A DNA stretch of 64,000 nt from Fimbriimonadia bacterium (GCA_041483895.1 JBGPGO010000010.1:64001-128000); one strand, 5' to 3'; positions 39,303 through 50,060 are shown, numbered from the stretch's first letter. The notes: generated by a model not told the origin, from the sequence alone. A program made the numbers and translations.

Positions 39303-40874
39303 ATGGAATGGTTCGATAATTTGAACCTGCTTTGGAAATTAGTGTTTGGCATTGGGATCGGCTTTGGGTTCCTGTTTTTCATCTACATGACGATAAATAT
39401 CATGCTTTGGCGCAAGGTGGGGCCAAACGAGGTGCTGATCATCTCCGGCTTCCGGCGTGGGACCTACGAAGACCCGCGCACAGGTGAGAGAATGCGAATA
39501 GGGTATCGCATCGTGCGGGGCGGTGGTTCAATGGTGCTGCCTGTCCTCGAGCGAACGGACATAATGTCCCTGGAACTCATCACGCTCGACATCGAATATG
39601 GCGAGTTCTATACGAAGCTCGGCGTGCCGGTTCGAGTAGACGGGGTGGCGCAAATCAAGGTGAAGGGCGACGACATCTCGATCCATACCGCGGCCGAGCA
39701 GTTCCTGTCGAAAAACATACAGGACATTAAGTACGTTGCTCACGAAACCGTTGCCGGCCACCTGCGGGCGATCCTTTCGACGATGACCGTCGAAGAGATT
39801 TACGCCCAGCAAGAGCTGTTCTCGCAAAAGGTGCAGGAGGTCGCGAGCCAGGACCTTGCCAACATGGGTCTGGCCATCGTCAGCTTCACCATCAAGGCGA
39901 TCAGCGATTCGCAAGGGTACATGGACGCGCTTGGCAAGCCGCAGATTGCGGCGGTCAAACGCAATGCCGTCATCGCCGAGGCCGAAGCCACTCGTGACTC
40001 CACGATCCGTTCGGCCAACGCGCGCCAGGAGGCGGAAACTGCGAAATTTCAAGCGGAAATCAAAATCGCTGAGGCTCAAAGAGATTTGAACCTCAAGCAG
40101 CAGGAATTCGCAAAAACCGTGAACTTGCAGAAGGCCGACGCTGATTTGGCCTACGACCTCCAGCGGTATAAGACCGCGCAGCAGGTGAAGCAGGAGGAAG
40201 TGCAGGTCAATATCGTCGAGAAGCAAAAGCAGGTCGAGCTGCAAACGGAGGAGATCCGCCGCCGACAGCTCGAGCTGGAAGCAACCATCGAGAAGCCCGC
40301 ACTGGCGGAAAAGCAGCGCATCGAGGCATTGGCGTCTGCCGAGCAGTTCCGTTTGCAAGCAACCGCTCAAGGACAAGCGGAGGCAACCAAGGCGACAGGC
40401 GCGGCGGAGGGTGACGCGAATCGGTTCCGTGGTCTGGCCCAGGCGGATGTGATCAAGGCGCAGGGGCTTGCCGAGGCCGATATGATCCGGGCCAAGGGTT
40501 TTGCGGAGGCCGACGCCGTCAAAGCACGGGGATTGGCGGAAGCAGAGGCGATGCAAAACAAGGCCAGCGCGTTCCAGAATTACAACGAGGCCGCCGTGGC
40601 CAACATGCTGGTAGAGCGCCTGCCTCAGATTGCGGAGGCCATCGCGTCGCCGCTGTCGCGGATTGATAAGATTGTGCTGGTCGGCAGCGGGTCCGATGGG
40701 GTCGGGGCGAGCCGGATAACCCAAGAGGTGACCAACATCATGGCCCAAGTTCCGCCGGTTGTGGAAGCGATGACGGGCATCAAGCTTGCGGACATGATCC
40801 AGAAAGCGCCGAAGATCGATGCGCCGGAGCCAAAGCCCAAGAAACTCAACCGGCCGGAGGCGCCGGAAGCATGA
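39303..40874 (+). CDS. Flotillin family protein (SPFH + AEA repeats)
   Basis: VGPNEVLIISG, AAEQFL, GHLRAI, AEAEA repeats. Confidence 0.93.
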   Translation: MEWFDNLNLLWKLVFGIGIGFGFLFFIYMTINIMLWRKVGPNEVLIISGFRRGTYEDPRTGERMRIGYRIVRGGGSMVLPVLERTDIMSLELITLDIEYGEFYTKLGVPVRVDGVAQIKVKGDDISIHTAAEQFLSKNIQDIKYVAHETVAGHLRAILSTMTVEEIYAQQELFSQKVQEVASQDLANMGLAIVSFTIKAISDSQGYMDALGKPQIAAVKRNAVIAEAEATRDSTIRSANARQEAETAKFQAEIKIAEAQRDLNLKQQEFAKTVNLQKADADLAYDLQRYKTAQQVKQEEVQVNIVEKQKQVELQTEEIRRRQLELEATIEKPALAEKQRIEALASAEQFRLQATAQGQAEATKATGAAEGDANRFRGLAQADVIKAQGLAEADMIRAKGFAEADAVKARGLAEAEAMQNKASAFQNYNEAAVANMLVERLPQIAEAIASPLSRIDKIVLVGSGSDGVGASRITQEVTNIMAQVPPVVEAMTGIKLADMIQKAPKIDAPEPKPKKLNRPEAPEA

Positions 40875-40880
40875 CACTAA

Positions 40881-40918
40881 CCCCCTCCCCCGCTTGCGGG
40901 GGAGGGTTGGGGTGGGGG
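40881..40918. repeat. Family B REP-like palindrome
   Basis: CCCCTCCCCCGCTTGCGGGGGAGGGTTGGGGTGGGGG. Confidence 0.8.
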
Positions 40919-40945
40919 CTCCTCCGTCTGGCATAATACAACCGC

Positions 40946-41905
40946 ATGCGAATACGACTGGAAGACATGGAAGAACGATTTCGGGAACTGGCGCTGGACC
41001 GGCTGGGTAGCTGGTTCGGCGGCCGGCTGTCCGACGACTTCCTCAAAACACTTCCGCGCAAAGTGCTCATGATTCAAGTTCCGAAGGAGTGGAACTTCGG
41101 GAAGCTCGACTGGTCCGGCCACGAGGACGCCAAATACCTGCGCGACGCCCGGGAGGCGCGGCAGGGAGGATTCGCCGCCGCGATGTTCGCCGGCGTGGCG
41201 GGGTGCGTGCTGGGCGGAATAGGGATCGGCCTCGGATGGCAGCCGCAGTGGCTACCCTTCGCATCGTTCGGATTTGCCGCATTTTCGTTCGCATTTCCAA
41301 CAATTCTCCAGGGCTTTTGGCGTCGACGTCTGCGCAGAAACATCACCAAGGAAGAGATGCTGCGGGCGATTGCCGAGGAACCGCTCAACCAGGCCGAGCA
41401 CCGGTACATCGAGCTCCTGGACGAGGCGATGCGGACGGACAATCCCGAGCGCGAGAACGACATTCGCCGCATCCTGCGCTCCTGCGCCGAAGTGGTCGGC
41501 AGATTCCGGGAGCTGGAAGTTGTTTACCGCGACCTGCCCGCCAGCCCCAGCGAGACGGCGATGAAAGCCAGAGCGGCGGAAATCGAGAGGTTGAAGGAAC
41601 GCTTGGAGGCGGAGGAAGATTTTATCGTCAAGAGCGCCTTGCAGGACCAGATCGTCAGCCTGCGATCCTTGAATGAAAATCTGCAAGAAGTGAATACTTT
41701 GGGCCGCCGCATCCGAACCCAAATGGACACCATCGTCACCATGCTGGACGGCGCGCGCGCAAGCCTGGCCCGCATCCGCCTGAGCAAAGGCACGGTCGCC
41801 GACCAGGACAGCGCCGAATTGATCGACCGCCTCAATCGTCTTTCCATCGAAAGCGCCTCTCTTGAGAAAGCGATGGTCGAAGTGCACCAGTTCGGTGTAG
41901 AATGA
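40946..41905 (+). CDS. Hypothetical 2-TM protein with long coiled-coil C-terminus
   Basis: Two hydrophobic helices followed by heptad-rich sequence. Confidence 0.7.
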   Translation: MRIRLEDMEERFRELALDRLGSWFGGRLSDDFLKTLPRKVLMIQVPKEWNFGKLDWSGHEDAKYLRDAREARQGGFAAAMFAGVAGCVLGGIGIGLGWQPQWLPFASFGFAAFSFAFPTILQGFWRRRLRRNITKEEMLRAIAEEPLNQAEHRYIELLDEAMRTDNPERENDIRRILRSCAEVVGRFRELEVVYRDLPASPSETAMKARAAEIERLKERLEAEEDFIVKSALQDQIVSLRSLNENLQEVNTLGRRIRTQMDTIVTMLDGARASLARIRLSKGTVADQDSAELIDRLNRLSIESASLEKAMVEVHQFGVE

Positions 41906-41909
41906 CATC

Positions 41910-42998
41910 GTGAAGGACAGCTTCGGACGCACCATCGACTATTTGCGGGTTTCCGTGACGGATCGCTGCAATTTCCGTTGCGTCTACTGCATGCCGGAGG
42001 AGGGCTATCCCGTTTCGCCCAAACCGGAGCTGCTTACATTTGAAGAGATCGCGCGGCTGGTGCGCGTTGCCGCCGGGTTGGGGATGACCAAGATCCGTTT
42101 GACGGGTGGCGAGCCGCTGGTGCGGAAGGACCTGCCGGAGCTGGTGCGGCAGGTTTCCGCCATCGCGAGCATTCGGGACATCTCGCTCACCACAAACGGT
42201 TTTCTACTGCCGCGAATGGCATCTTCTCTCGCGGACGTGGGGTTGCATCGCGTGAACATCAGCCTGGATACGTTGCGCGAGGATACGTTCTTCCGGATTG
42301 CGCGGCGCGGCGATCTGCAGACGGTTCTGGATGGGATCGAGGCGGCTCGGAACGCGGGACTGTCTCCCATCAAGATTAACTGCGTGCTAATGAAAGGCGA
42401 AAATGATGACGAGGCTGTTGATTTCGCCGAATGGACAATGCGCGAGGCGCTGAACATACGATTCATCGAGCTAATGCCGATTCGATGGAACATGGACGAT
42501 ACTTTGCCAGTCTTCCAATCAGCCCAGGCGTTCGTAGGCAACGGAGTGGAGCAACTGATAACCAACGGGCGCCTAGGTTCGGATCAGGAGGGCATGCTCA
42601 ACGATCTGGAAATGCGCCGCCGCTACGTCCCAGCGGCCATCGTCAAAGATCGGATAGAGGCCCGCTTCGGTCCTATGGAACCCGCCGATGTTGTTACGAA
42701 CGGCCCCGCGCGGTCGTATCGTATTCCCGGCGCACTCGGGACGATCGGTTTTATCACCCAGATCAGCAACGATTTCTGTTCCAACTGCAACCGCCTTCGC
42801 CTGACCGCCGACGGCTTTCTGCGGCCCTGCCTAATGGCGGATGGGGAGGTCACATTGCGCGATCCCATGCGCGCCGGCGCGACCGATGACGATCTTGCCG
42901 CCATCTTCCTGTCGGTCGTGGAGCACAAACCCGAGCGGCACTATTTGGCGGAAGGTCAGCGGGTGCTATCACGCGGGATGAGTCAATTGGGGGGATAG
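41910..42998 (+). CDS. moaA: GTP 3',8-cyclase
   Basis: DSFGR.IDYLRVSVTDRCNFRCVYC, FCSNCNRLR, C-terminal MSQLGG. Confidence 0.96.
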   Translation: MKDSFGRTIDYLRVSVTDRCNFRCVYCMPEEGYPVSPKPELLTFEEIARLVRVAAGLGMTKIRLTGGEPLVRKDLPELVRQVSAIASIRDISLTTNGFLLPRMASSLADVGLHRVNISLDTLREDTFFRIARRGDLQTVLDGIEAARNAGLSPIKINCVLMKGENDDEAVDFAEWTMREALNIRFIELMPIRWNMDDTLPVFQSAQAFVGNGVEQLITNGRLGSDQEGMLNDLEMRRRYVPAAIVKDRIEARFGPMEPADVVTNGPARSYRIPGALGTIGFITQISNDFCSNCNRLRLTADGFLRPCLMADGEVTLRDPMRAGATDDDLAAIFLSVVEHKPERHYLAEGQRVLSRGMSQLGG

Positions 42999-43035
42999 CA
43001 TTTGAAAGTGCAGCGCACAACAATTGGTGAGCGTC

Positions 43036-43983
43036 ATGAAGATAATCTCTCGCTCAATGGCACTGCTGACCGCATTGCTATTGGGCCACCCACAATCAGT
43101 AGGCGCTGCAGCGGACAAATCCGCAAGCCCAGATTTGAAAGCTCATATGACGTTTGCGTACACAAGCGAGGATATGGGCTTCCCAACTGCCATCGTTCAG
43201 TCGGACTCGACGATTTCTGCTTCGAGAGATGACGCGAGCATGATGGGCTATTCACGGATTAGCCGTAGACTCATCATCGATGACACGCATTTCGGAGTCC
43301 TAAGCTGGGACCTATCAACCGGCAAAACGATGAAGAAGTCCACCAATTCGGCAAACCTCGATTACATTGATGATGATATCGGAGGCTTCAATGCCGACAC
43401 GGGCAACACCATCGGACGCGATCAGGACGGCAACATTTACATACATCCGACGCTTTCCCAGGGCAAGGAGACGCTGCTAATCTCCGCGAAGACATTGGCT
43501 GCGCAGAACATCCCAGCTGAGTCCGGAAACCAACCCTTCGCGGCGCAAGCCGCGTGGAGCATGGACGGCAACTGTATTGCCCTCTCGTTTGGCAGCCATG
43601 AAATACTTGATAACAGCGCGGCCGATGAACAGACATATACATACGTTTTCAACTTCGCAACAAAGCGCATCCGAAAAATTGGCAAGGGCTATCCGTACGG
43701 CTGGATTTCCAATGACAGAATCGTCGTTCGAGATTGGGCACAAGGAGACATGCTCATTGTATATTCGTTGACAGGGAAGGTGTTGGCGAAACGATCTGGA
43801 TTCATCGATGTTGCAACCGACGGCAAATCGGTCCTTGGCATCGTCCATCGAGGAAATGGATACGCCGCGCAACTTTGGTCTTCCGACCTCAAGCGGCGAC
43901 TGGGCGAATATCGTTGCAAGCAGTACCATCCTCACTGGTCTGAAGGCAGCCTGGTGCTGATATCTATTAGGAATGCGAAGTGA
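43036..43983 (+). CDS. Hypothetical secreted beta-propeller-like protein
   Basis: Signal peptide; WSMDG, YVFNFATK, GWISND blade-like motifs. Confidence 0.55.
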   Translation: MKIISRSMALLTALLLGHPQSVGAAADKSASPDLKAHMTFAYTSEDMGFPTAIVQSDSTISASRDDASMMGYSRISRRLIIDDTHFGVLSWDLSTGKTMKKSTNSANLDYIDDDIGGFNADTGNTIGRDQDGNIYIHPTLSQGKETLLISAKTLAAQNIPAESGNQPFAAQAAWSMDGNCIALSFGSHEILDNSAADEQTYTYVFNFATKRIRKIGKGYPYGWISNDRIVVRDWAQGDMLIVYSLTGKVLAKRSGFIDVATDGKSVLGIVHRGNGYAAQLWSSDLKRRLGEYRCKQYHPHWSEGSLVLISIRNAK

Positions 43984-44651
43984 TGCCCAGGATCCCTTCG
44001 CAGGAATATCCTGCACCAAGACCCGTCGCTCCATTCAAAGCCTGGCTGCATAGGAAATACACAGGCAACCAATCGGTGGTTGACTGGGTCAAATACACCG
44101 ATGAAGAGCATTTTGAGACGAGGGCGACCTACGCTGAATATGTCGTCTGGACTTGGGAATATCCGAAGACGTGGTTGCTCAACCAGTTTACGGTCGAGCA
44201 AATTGGCAGGGCAATGGAGGGCGAATGGCACGTTTTTATTGATGGCCGGTTGCCAAGGCTGTTGCGGAATCGTGCCTGGCGTGCGTTGCACACACTGTTC
44301 TCGCAACTATTCGAGCCAACGGTCTCCGATTTTATGGAGGACCTTTTCGAATCCGATGCTAAATCTGGGCCATTGGAAATGGCATGCTTCATGTGGTGGG
44401 ACGTCTCGCCTTATTGGCAAGGCAGTCAATATGCCGAGGCGATCGATCATGAATTCTTTCTCTCCCTTTGCCGCCAATCCATATATTCCATAAAGCCGGT
44501 AATTCAGGGATCCGCATTGCACGGCCTCAACCACAATTGCGGCCTTATGGGGGCGAAAAAGCTGTTGGATGAGTTCCTGTCCAAGAATCTGGCCTCCCGA
44601 CCGGAGCTCATCGAATACGCACAAGACGCCAAATTCGGTCGGAACCAATGA
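43980..44651 (+). CDS. Hypothetical protein (CFMWWD / SALHGL motifs)
   Basis: GTGA overlap with the upstream gene; helical aromatic-rich protein. Confidence 0.65.
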   Translation: MMPRIPSQEYPAPRPVAPFKAWLHRKYTGNQSVVDWVKYTDEEHFETRATYAEYVVWTWEYPKTWLLNQFTVEQIGRAMEGEWHVFIDGRLPRLLRNRAWRALHTLFSQLFEPTVSDFMEDLFESDAKSGPLEMACFMWWDVSPYWQGSQYAEAIDHEFFLSLCRQSIYSIKPVIQGSALHGLNHNCGLMGAKKLLDEFLSKNLASRPELIEYAQDAKFGRNQ

Positions 44652-44723
44652 CGGCTTCTATTTAGCACGAACGTAAATAGGGAATTCGCGATTTCTGTCG
44701 AATACTATGATCCAGGCACAACT

Positions 44724-46499
44724 ATGTACTATCTTGCACCATGCATTTACGCAACAATTTACTTTTCGACTGTCGGCGACGGCAAACCGATCGTGAAATG
44801 TGAACTCGATTCACTTTCGGGCCACGTCGCCCATCTGAGTTGGGACACGGAAGGTGGCAATCGCGCGGGCACCAACCTGCTGCGGGAAAACACCGCCGTC
44901 ACGCTGAGGGCCGCTGGAGTAGATCAGCCGTACACGACCCAGTTGCAAAAGGACCACCTGAAGATCACAACCGGCAACGCCAAGCCCGCCACACTGGTCT
45001 TCCCGTTCAATCCCAGCGTCACGCCGACCACCGTCCTCCCGTATCGGTGGGAGCAGGACGGCACGCTCAAACTGCCGCTCATCATCAACGCCCCGGACTT
45101 CGGACAGATGCTGCTAACGTGCGACAAAAGGCACCTGGTCGCGCGTTTGGAGGGCAGCCGGCGCGACAAGATCGTCGATCTGATCATCGAACTTCCCGGC
45201 CCATGCAAGCTGGAAATGCGGCCCGTCATCCTCCCGCCGCCGAAAGGGATGAAGGACACGAAGCTATGGCAGCAGGTGCGGCGCGGCTTCTTCGGCGCGA
45301 TGCAGCCCAGCGCGCGATGGGGCGAGCAGACCAATCCGTTCAGCGCCCCGCCCGGCATCTTATCCAACAACGTGATCAGCGATCCCGCAAGTTGCTCCAT
45401 TTGGTTCTATGCCGATCAGATCTTTTGGACGCCAAATGTCGAGGGCATTTCGCTAGCCGCGCAGGTGCGATACAGCGTGGACTGGTGGCTGGACCATCGC
45501 ACGCGCCCGACCGGCGAGGTGGTCTGCTATTGGGACTATGGCAACTTCCTGGATGCGAATGCCGGTCCGTTGATCGCCGCGTGGGACTATGTCGAATCGA
45601 CCGGCGACAAAGAGTGGTTGAAGAAGCGCATTGAAAAGCTGGAATTCATCGCGGATTTTTTGGCCAAGCGAGACATTGATGGCGACGGAATGGTGGAGGC
45701 AACTCAAAGCGGCAACAAGGGCACTTTGCACGAACCGAACCGTTCCTGCGCCTGGTGGGACGCGCTGAACTGCGGCTACAAGGATGGCTACACGAACGCC
45801 TTGATCTACCGCGCATGGCTGTGTCTATCTGATTTGGAGTCGAAGATCGGGCGGAACGTTGGCACCGACAAATACAAGGCGCTCGCGGGTCGATTGAAGG
45901 CTGCATACTATAAGACTTTGTACAACCCAAAAACCGGATGGCTGGCTTGGTGGAAGAGCGAGGACGGGCAGCTCCATGATTATGCTTCGCCGACTCTCAA
46001 CGGGCTTGCCATCGATTATGGATTGGTGGAAAAAGAGCAGGCGCGGGAGATACTGAAACGATTGCGCGCGAAGATGACACTGGTACGGTTCGCGCGATTC
46101 GATCTCGGCCTTCCGAATGTGTTAGTCCCAGTCCCGCTCTCGGACTATCTGGGCGGCGGCGCGGGCAGCCCGAGCACGGAAGATGGATTGGATTCGTTCC
46201 AGCAGTATATGAACGGCGGCATTTCGGCGGGTCACACGTTGCACTACATCTCTGCGTTGTATAAAGTGGGTGATCGCGAGGAGGGGGACCGTGTGCTCAA
46301 CGCGATGCTATCGCGGCAGGCGGTTGGCGGTTTCCAAAACGGCGTGATGGATCAGGGTGGAAAAGGGATTGACTGGACCACATGGGACGGAAAGCCGTGC
46401 GGGTACGAGGGCTATCTCGCCGATTCGTTTCGATTCTTACAAGCGGTCCTGTTGCGCGAGCCGGCTATGCGGAAAAGGCTGTATCAGCCGTTGGAGTAA
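44724..46499 (+). CDS. Six-hairpin glycosidase-like protein (MGH1/GDE-like)
   Basis: AAWDYVESTGDKEWL, RDIDGDGMVE, WWD, YTNALIYRA, YMNGG. Confidence 0.7.
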   Translation: MYYLAPCIYATIYFSTVGDGKPIVKCELDSLSGHVAHLSWDTEGGNRAGTNLLRENTAVTLRAAGVDQPYTTQLQKDHLKITTGNAKPATLVFPFNPSVTPTTVLPYRWEQDGTLKLPLIINAPDFGQMLLTCDKRHLVARLEGSRRDKIVDLIIELPGPCKLEMRPVILPPPKGMKDTKLWQQVRRGFFGAMQPSARWGEQTNPFSAPPGILSNNVISDPASCSIWFYADQIFWTPNVEGISLAAQVRYSVDWWLDHRTRPTGEVVCYWDYGNFLDANAGPLIAAWDYVESTGDKEWLKKRIEKLEFIADFLAKRDIDGDGMVEATQSGNKGTLHEPNRSCAWWDALNCGYKDGYTNALIYRAWLCLSDLESKIGRNVGTDKYKALAGRLKAAYYKTLYNPKTGWLAWWKSEDGQLHDYASPTLNGLAIDYGLVEKEQAREILKRLRAKMTLVRFARFDLGLPNVLVPVPLSDYLGGGAGSPSTEDGLDSFQQYMNGGISAGHTLHYISALYKVGDREEGDRVLNAMLSRQAVGGFQNGVMDQGGKGIDWTTWDGKPCGYEGYLADSFRFLQAVLLREPAMRKRLYQPLE

Positions 46500-46578
46500 A
46501 GACGTAAAAGGCAACCCAATGGCTCAATCGCAAGAATAACTTGACTCGGAAGCAAGTACTTGCTATAATGTCTGTGTT

Positions 46579-48129
46579 ATGAAGGTGCTGGTAGTAATAA
46601 TTCTGTTCGTTGAGTTCATTGCCTCAAAGGCCTCAGACAAGCTATGCGAGTCTCCTTATCCATGCCTGGGAGGGCCGAACGGCAGTTCCTATGTTTCTTT
46701 ACATTTGATGGTACCGATGCCGAAGATCATCAATTGGAACAAATCATTTCCAATCACATTCTACGATGAAGAAGGAAACTCTTATGGAATGCCGGATTTC
46801 ACGGATGTCACCGGTTTGCAGATGCGAGATCCAACTGGGAAGATTCTATGGACTCAGCCGGACGTCGAGCCCTTTCTGGTACAGCAGGATGGCACTGTGA
46901 TCGGATTCACGGGTCGTCGGACTATGCTCGTGCTTGTTGCTCCGGACGGCTCCATCTTGAAGTCGCTTCCAGTTGAAACTTCATCGATGGCGAACCTTGC
47001 CATCGCCCATACGGACGGCGGTATCACAGCCGGAACGGTTCGGTACGATAACGAACTCAATTTAGTGTACCGGCGTCCGGAAGAACGGGTGATGGATACT
47101 ATTGGCAATGTATGGATCGTCATCCACGACAACGGAGCCGTTTATGCAGGGCTTCTGGATGATGCCGGGAATGAAATCAAACTGTATCGGGTTGGCGATC
47201 TGACGTTTGACGGCAGAGGCCAAATTGCCGGCATTGATTCAAGTGGGAATTTTTACACCGGGCAGTATTATGGTATCGCCAAGATTTTCAGCCCAGGCGG
47301 GAGTGTGCTGTTCGAATTTCACAATGGATCTTTTGGTTCGTGGTTCACAAAAACCAGCGATGGCCTTGCGATATTTGAACGCTACGAATATCCGAACTGG
47401 TATGACATCGGCCTAACGAACGATTTCCAGCAAATTCGACTCGCCGGTGGCTACTGGGACCCTGATTACCCCTGGGGAGATTATGTGTCGCGGTTTGACG
47501 GCTCCGGCAATGTGTTTGTATACTACACGGCTCCCGGCGATTGGGACGAGACCTACAAGACGTTGTCGGGTCAGACGGGAGTTAGTGCAGGCGGCGGGGT
47601 TTGGGCCCACTATTATGAATACTCAAGTGGACTAATCCCTCATCCTGATGGCCTCATCGTCGTTTCGGCCTCATTCACAAACGATGGTGGGACGCAGAAC
47701 TACACAAACTTTTATGCTCCTCCGCAGGGCTTCTTGGCTCACGCGAATCTCAAGGACGGCAACGGCGGCGCAGCCGATATTCAGTATCGCTTTGTCGTTA
47801 AGGGACAGGCGGGGGATATGGTGAGTGCGCGACGTCTTAAATCAAAGGCTCACGCGGATTGGCAATTTTACACTGCCCCGGGGAGCTATCGAGTTTTGAT
47901 CAAGGCCCCATTCACGCTCTTGAAAGCCGTCTCTCAGAGCGTTACGACCGGCTTCCCAGAAAGCTCCATTGCGTTGCCAGCCGGCGACTTGGTCGATGAC
48001 AATCGAATCGACCTCTACGATCTAAATGCCGAGTTTATTGATCCAATCGATTTGAACAATGATGGCGAGGTCGACTTTAGTGACATTGCAATCATCTTCC
48101 AGAACTTCGGTCTGAGAGGCGACGAATAA
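46579..48129 (+). CDS. Secreted beta-propeller protein with C-terminal dockerin/EF-hand-like domain
   Basis: C-terminal GDLVDDNRIDLYDL...DLNNDGEVDFSDIAIIFQNFG. Confidence 0.7.
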   Translation: MKVLVVIILFVEFIASKASDKLCESPYPCLGGPNGSSYVSLHLMVPMPKIINWNKSFPITFYDEEGNSYGMPDFTDVTGLQMRDPTGKILWTQPDVEPFLVQQDGTVIGFTGRRTMLVLVAPDGSILKSLPVETSSMANLAIAHTDGGITAGTVRYDNELNLVYRRPEERVMDTIGNVWIVIHDNGAVYAGLLDDAGNEIKLYRVGDLTFDGRGQIAGIDSSGNFYTGQYYGIAKIFSPGGSVLFEFHNGSFGSWFTKTSDGLAIFERYEYPNWYDIGLTNDFQQIRLAGGYWDPDYPWGDYVSRFDGSGNVFVYYTAPGDWDETYKTLSGQTGVSAGGGVWAHYYEYSSGLIPHPDGLIVVSASFTNDGGTQNYTNFYAPPQGFLAHANLKDGNGGAADIQYRFVVKGQAGDMVSARRLKSKAHADWQFYTAPGSYRVLIKAPFTLLKAVSQSVTTGFPESSIALPAGDLVDDNRIDLYDLNAEFIDPIDLNNDGEVDFSDIAIIFQNFGLRGDE

Positions 48130-48202
48130 TTCCGCCGAATCGATTTCGTATTCAAACTATAGAACTGCGCGTCGCTCACCGGAATTGCTATACTAATCGG
48201 CC

Positions 48203-48809
48203 ATGACCAAGAACCGATTGGAAGCATTCAGCGACGGGGTGTTCGCGATCATCATAGCGATCATGGTGCTGGAGCTGAAGGATCTCGCATGGCACCGATT
48301 GGGCATCGCTCAGCTCGGTCATCTACGTGTTCGTCAGCTATGTGATGAGCTTCGTCTACATCGGAATCTACTGGGAATAACCACCATCATTTTTTTCAGA
48401 TCGTGAAAAGATAAACGGCGGCATTCTCTGAGCCAATTTGCATCTTCTGCTCTACATATCGCTTGTTCCCTTCGCCACGGAGTGGATGGGAGAGAATGAT
48501 TTTGCGAAGGTGCCGGTCGCGTTCTATGGCTGCGTGTTGCTAGCGCCCGCGCTGGCATGGCAGATTCTTCAAACGCTCAACATCAAGTGTCATGGTCAGG
48601 AATCCAAATTCGCGCAAGCGATCGGCAGCGATCTAAAAGGACGCCTCTCCCCACTCTTCTACATCTTCGGCATCGCCGCATCGTTTTGGAATCAGTGGGT
48701 GGCGGTCGCCCTCTACGCTCTCGTCGCCTGCATGTGGCTGATCCCAGACCGACGCATCGAGTCGCGATTTGAAGCTGATCGTGCTCGGAATTCGAATCCT
48801 GAAGTATAA
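48203..48809 (+). pseudogene. TMEM175-family K+ channel pseudogene
   Basis: RLEAFSDGVFAIII signature. SYVMSFVYIGIYW and NNHH lie in other frames, and a TGA replaces Trp before ANLHLL. Confidence 0.85.
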
Positions 48810-48842
48810 TCTGAGACATTCTTTTATTTAGGGAGTGGATGG

Positions 48843-49841
48843 GTGAAACATTTCATGACGATTCTTGTGATTATCGGCGGAACCAATGCATTTGCTGTTC
48901 CGTTTACATTCGGCAGCTTTTTGGTGTCGAATGGACACTCAAGAGAAGTCTTCGAGTACACAAGAGAGGGAGCCCTTGTACAAACGATCTCCGTACCCTA
49001 TGGCCCGGGACAAGATAGTTCGGATTTCAATCGCGATATGGTTCTAGATTCGCGGGGCAATCTTCAAGTTTTCAACGGAACATTCCATCCAACTATATCC
49101 ACGTTCGACCCGTACCAAGAGACTTGGACGCACCATGAGATTCCGGGTTTGTCCACAATTGGCGCGATCTCCTATGGAAAACTGGCCGTCTTTAGCGATT
49201 ATATTTTCGCGACGGATCACGCAACCGGGACCGATGAGGATGGTGGAATCTTCCGACTGAATATTATTGATGGAACTTGGGTTCGCTTCGCACTCAAAGA
49301 CCCTAACGATGAGGCAACAGATCTTACTATGGGCGGCGACGGACTCCTTTATTCATTGAATCATGGCCGTTATACAGAATCGTTTAACCCAGTCACGCTG
49401 GATTTGGTTGCGCACACCGATCTTCCAGACGAATTCGTATGGGGAATCGGTCATCAGAGCATCTCAATTGCTGTCGATTCGTCGCGGAACTATTACATTA
49501 ACCAAGTGCATGGACCAATATACGAGTTATCACCGTCGCTCGACGTTATTGGCGAATTTTCATACACGGCTTCGAGTTTTGGCATCGATCTTGACCGAGC
49601 AATTGACGGACAAACGATGATCACGCAAGACGATGGTCGCGTGTGTATCCTCGATAGCGCCTTCAAAGAAATTAATACGTTTGTGGCGACTGGTCCATAT
49701 TCAACACATTCTTTTGGTGCCTTCGTCCAAATGCCTGTTCCGGAACCAGTTCACCTCTTTTGGGCATCGTCCGCATGTCTTTGCCTTCTTATTCCAAGAA
49801 GACGCCCAGTCAGAGATTCTCGCCGCACGATCCAAGTGTGA
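48843..49841 (+). CDS. PEP-CTERM beta-propeller protein
   Basis: Signal peptide; VPEP, hydrophobic stretch and PRRR. Confidence 0.8.
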   Translation: MKHFMTILVIIGGTNAFAVPFTFGSFLVSNGHSREVFEYTREGALVQTISVPYGPGQDSSDFNRDMVLDSRGNLQVFNGTFHPTISTFDPYQETWTHHEIPGLSTIGAISYGKLAVFSDYIFATDHATGTDEDGGIFRLNIIDGTWVRFALKDPNDEATDLTMGGDGLLYSLNHGRYTESFNPVTLDLVAHTDLPDEFVWGIGHQSISIAVDSSRNYYINQVHGPIYELSPSLDVIGEFSYTASSFGIDLDRAIDGQTMITQDDGRVCILDSAFKEINTFVATGPYSTHSFGAFVQMPVPEPVHLFWASSACLCLLIPRRRPVRDSRRTIQV

Positions 49842-50060
49842 TAGAACAATTCGGCAGCCGGGAGCATTCGCAGAATGTCAACCAAGTTGCGATTTCTTAG
49901 CGTTCCGTAATGCCACGAACCAATCATCACTCCATGCGGCATCCGGTCGTTACTGTACCACCCCAACCCCCAGCAAAATCGGCCCCAAATTCACCAACCA
50001 ACCAATCCCGCGCGGTATAATCCCCCCGAACGCAATCCCTTGGTACGGGAGGAGACCCCA

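Noticed and set aside
39528..40934. 468-aa minus-strand ORF
   Set aside because: Antisense shadow of flotillin; its start lies next to a REP.
49850..50060. T-box leader for thrS
   Set aside because: No T-box motif or terminator; TATAAT lies about 40 nt before the start, leaving no room.
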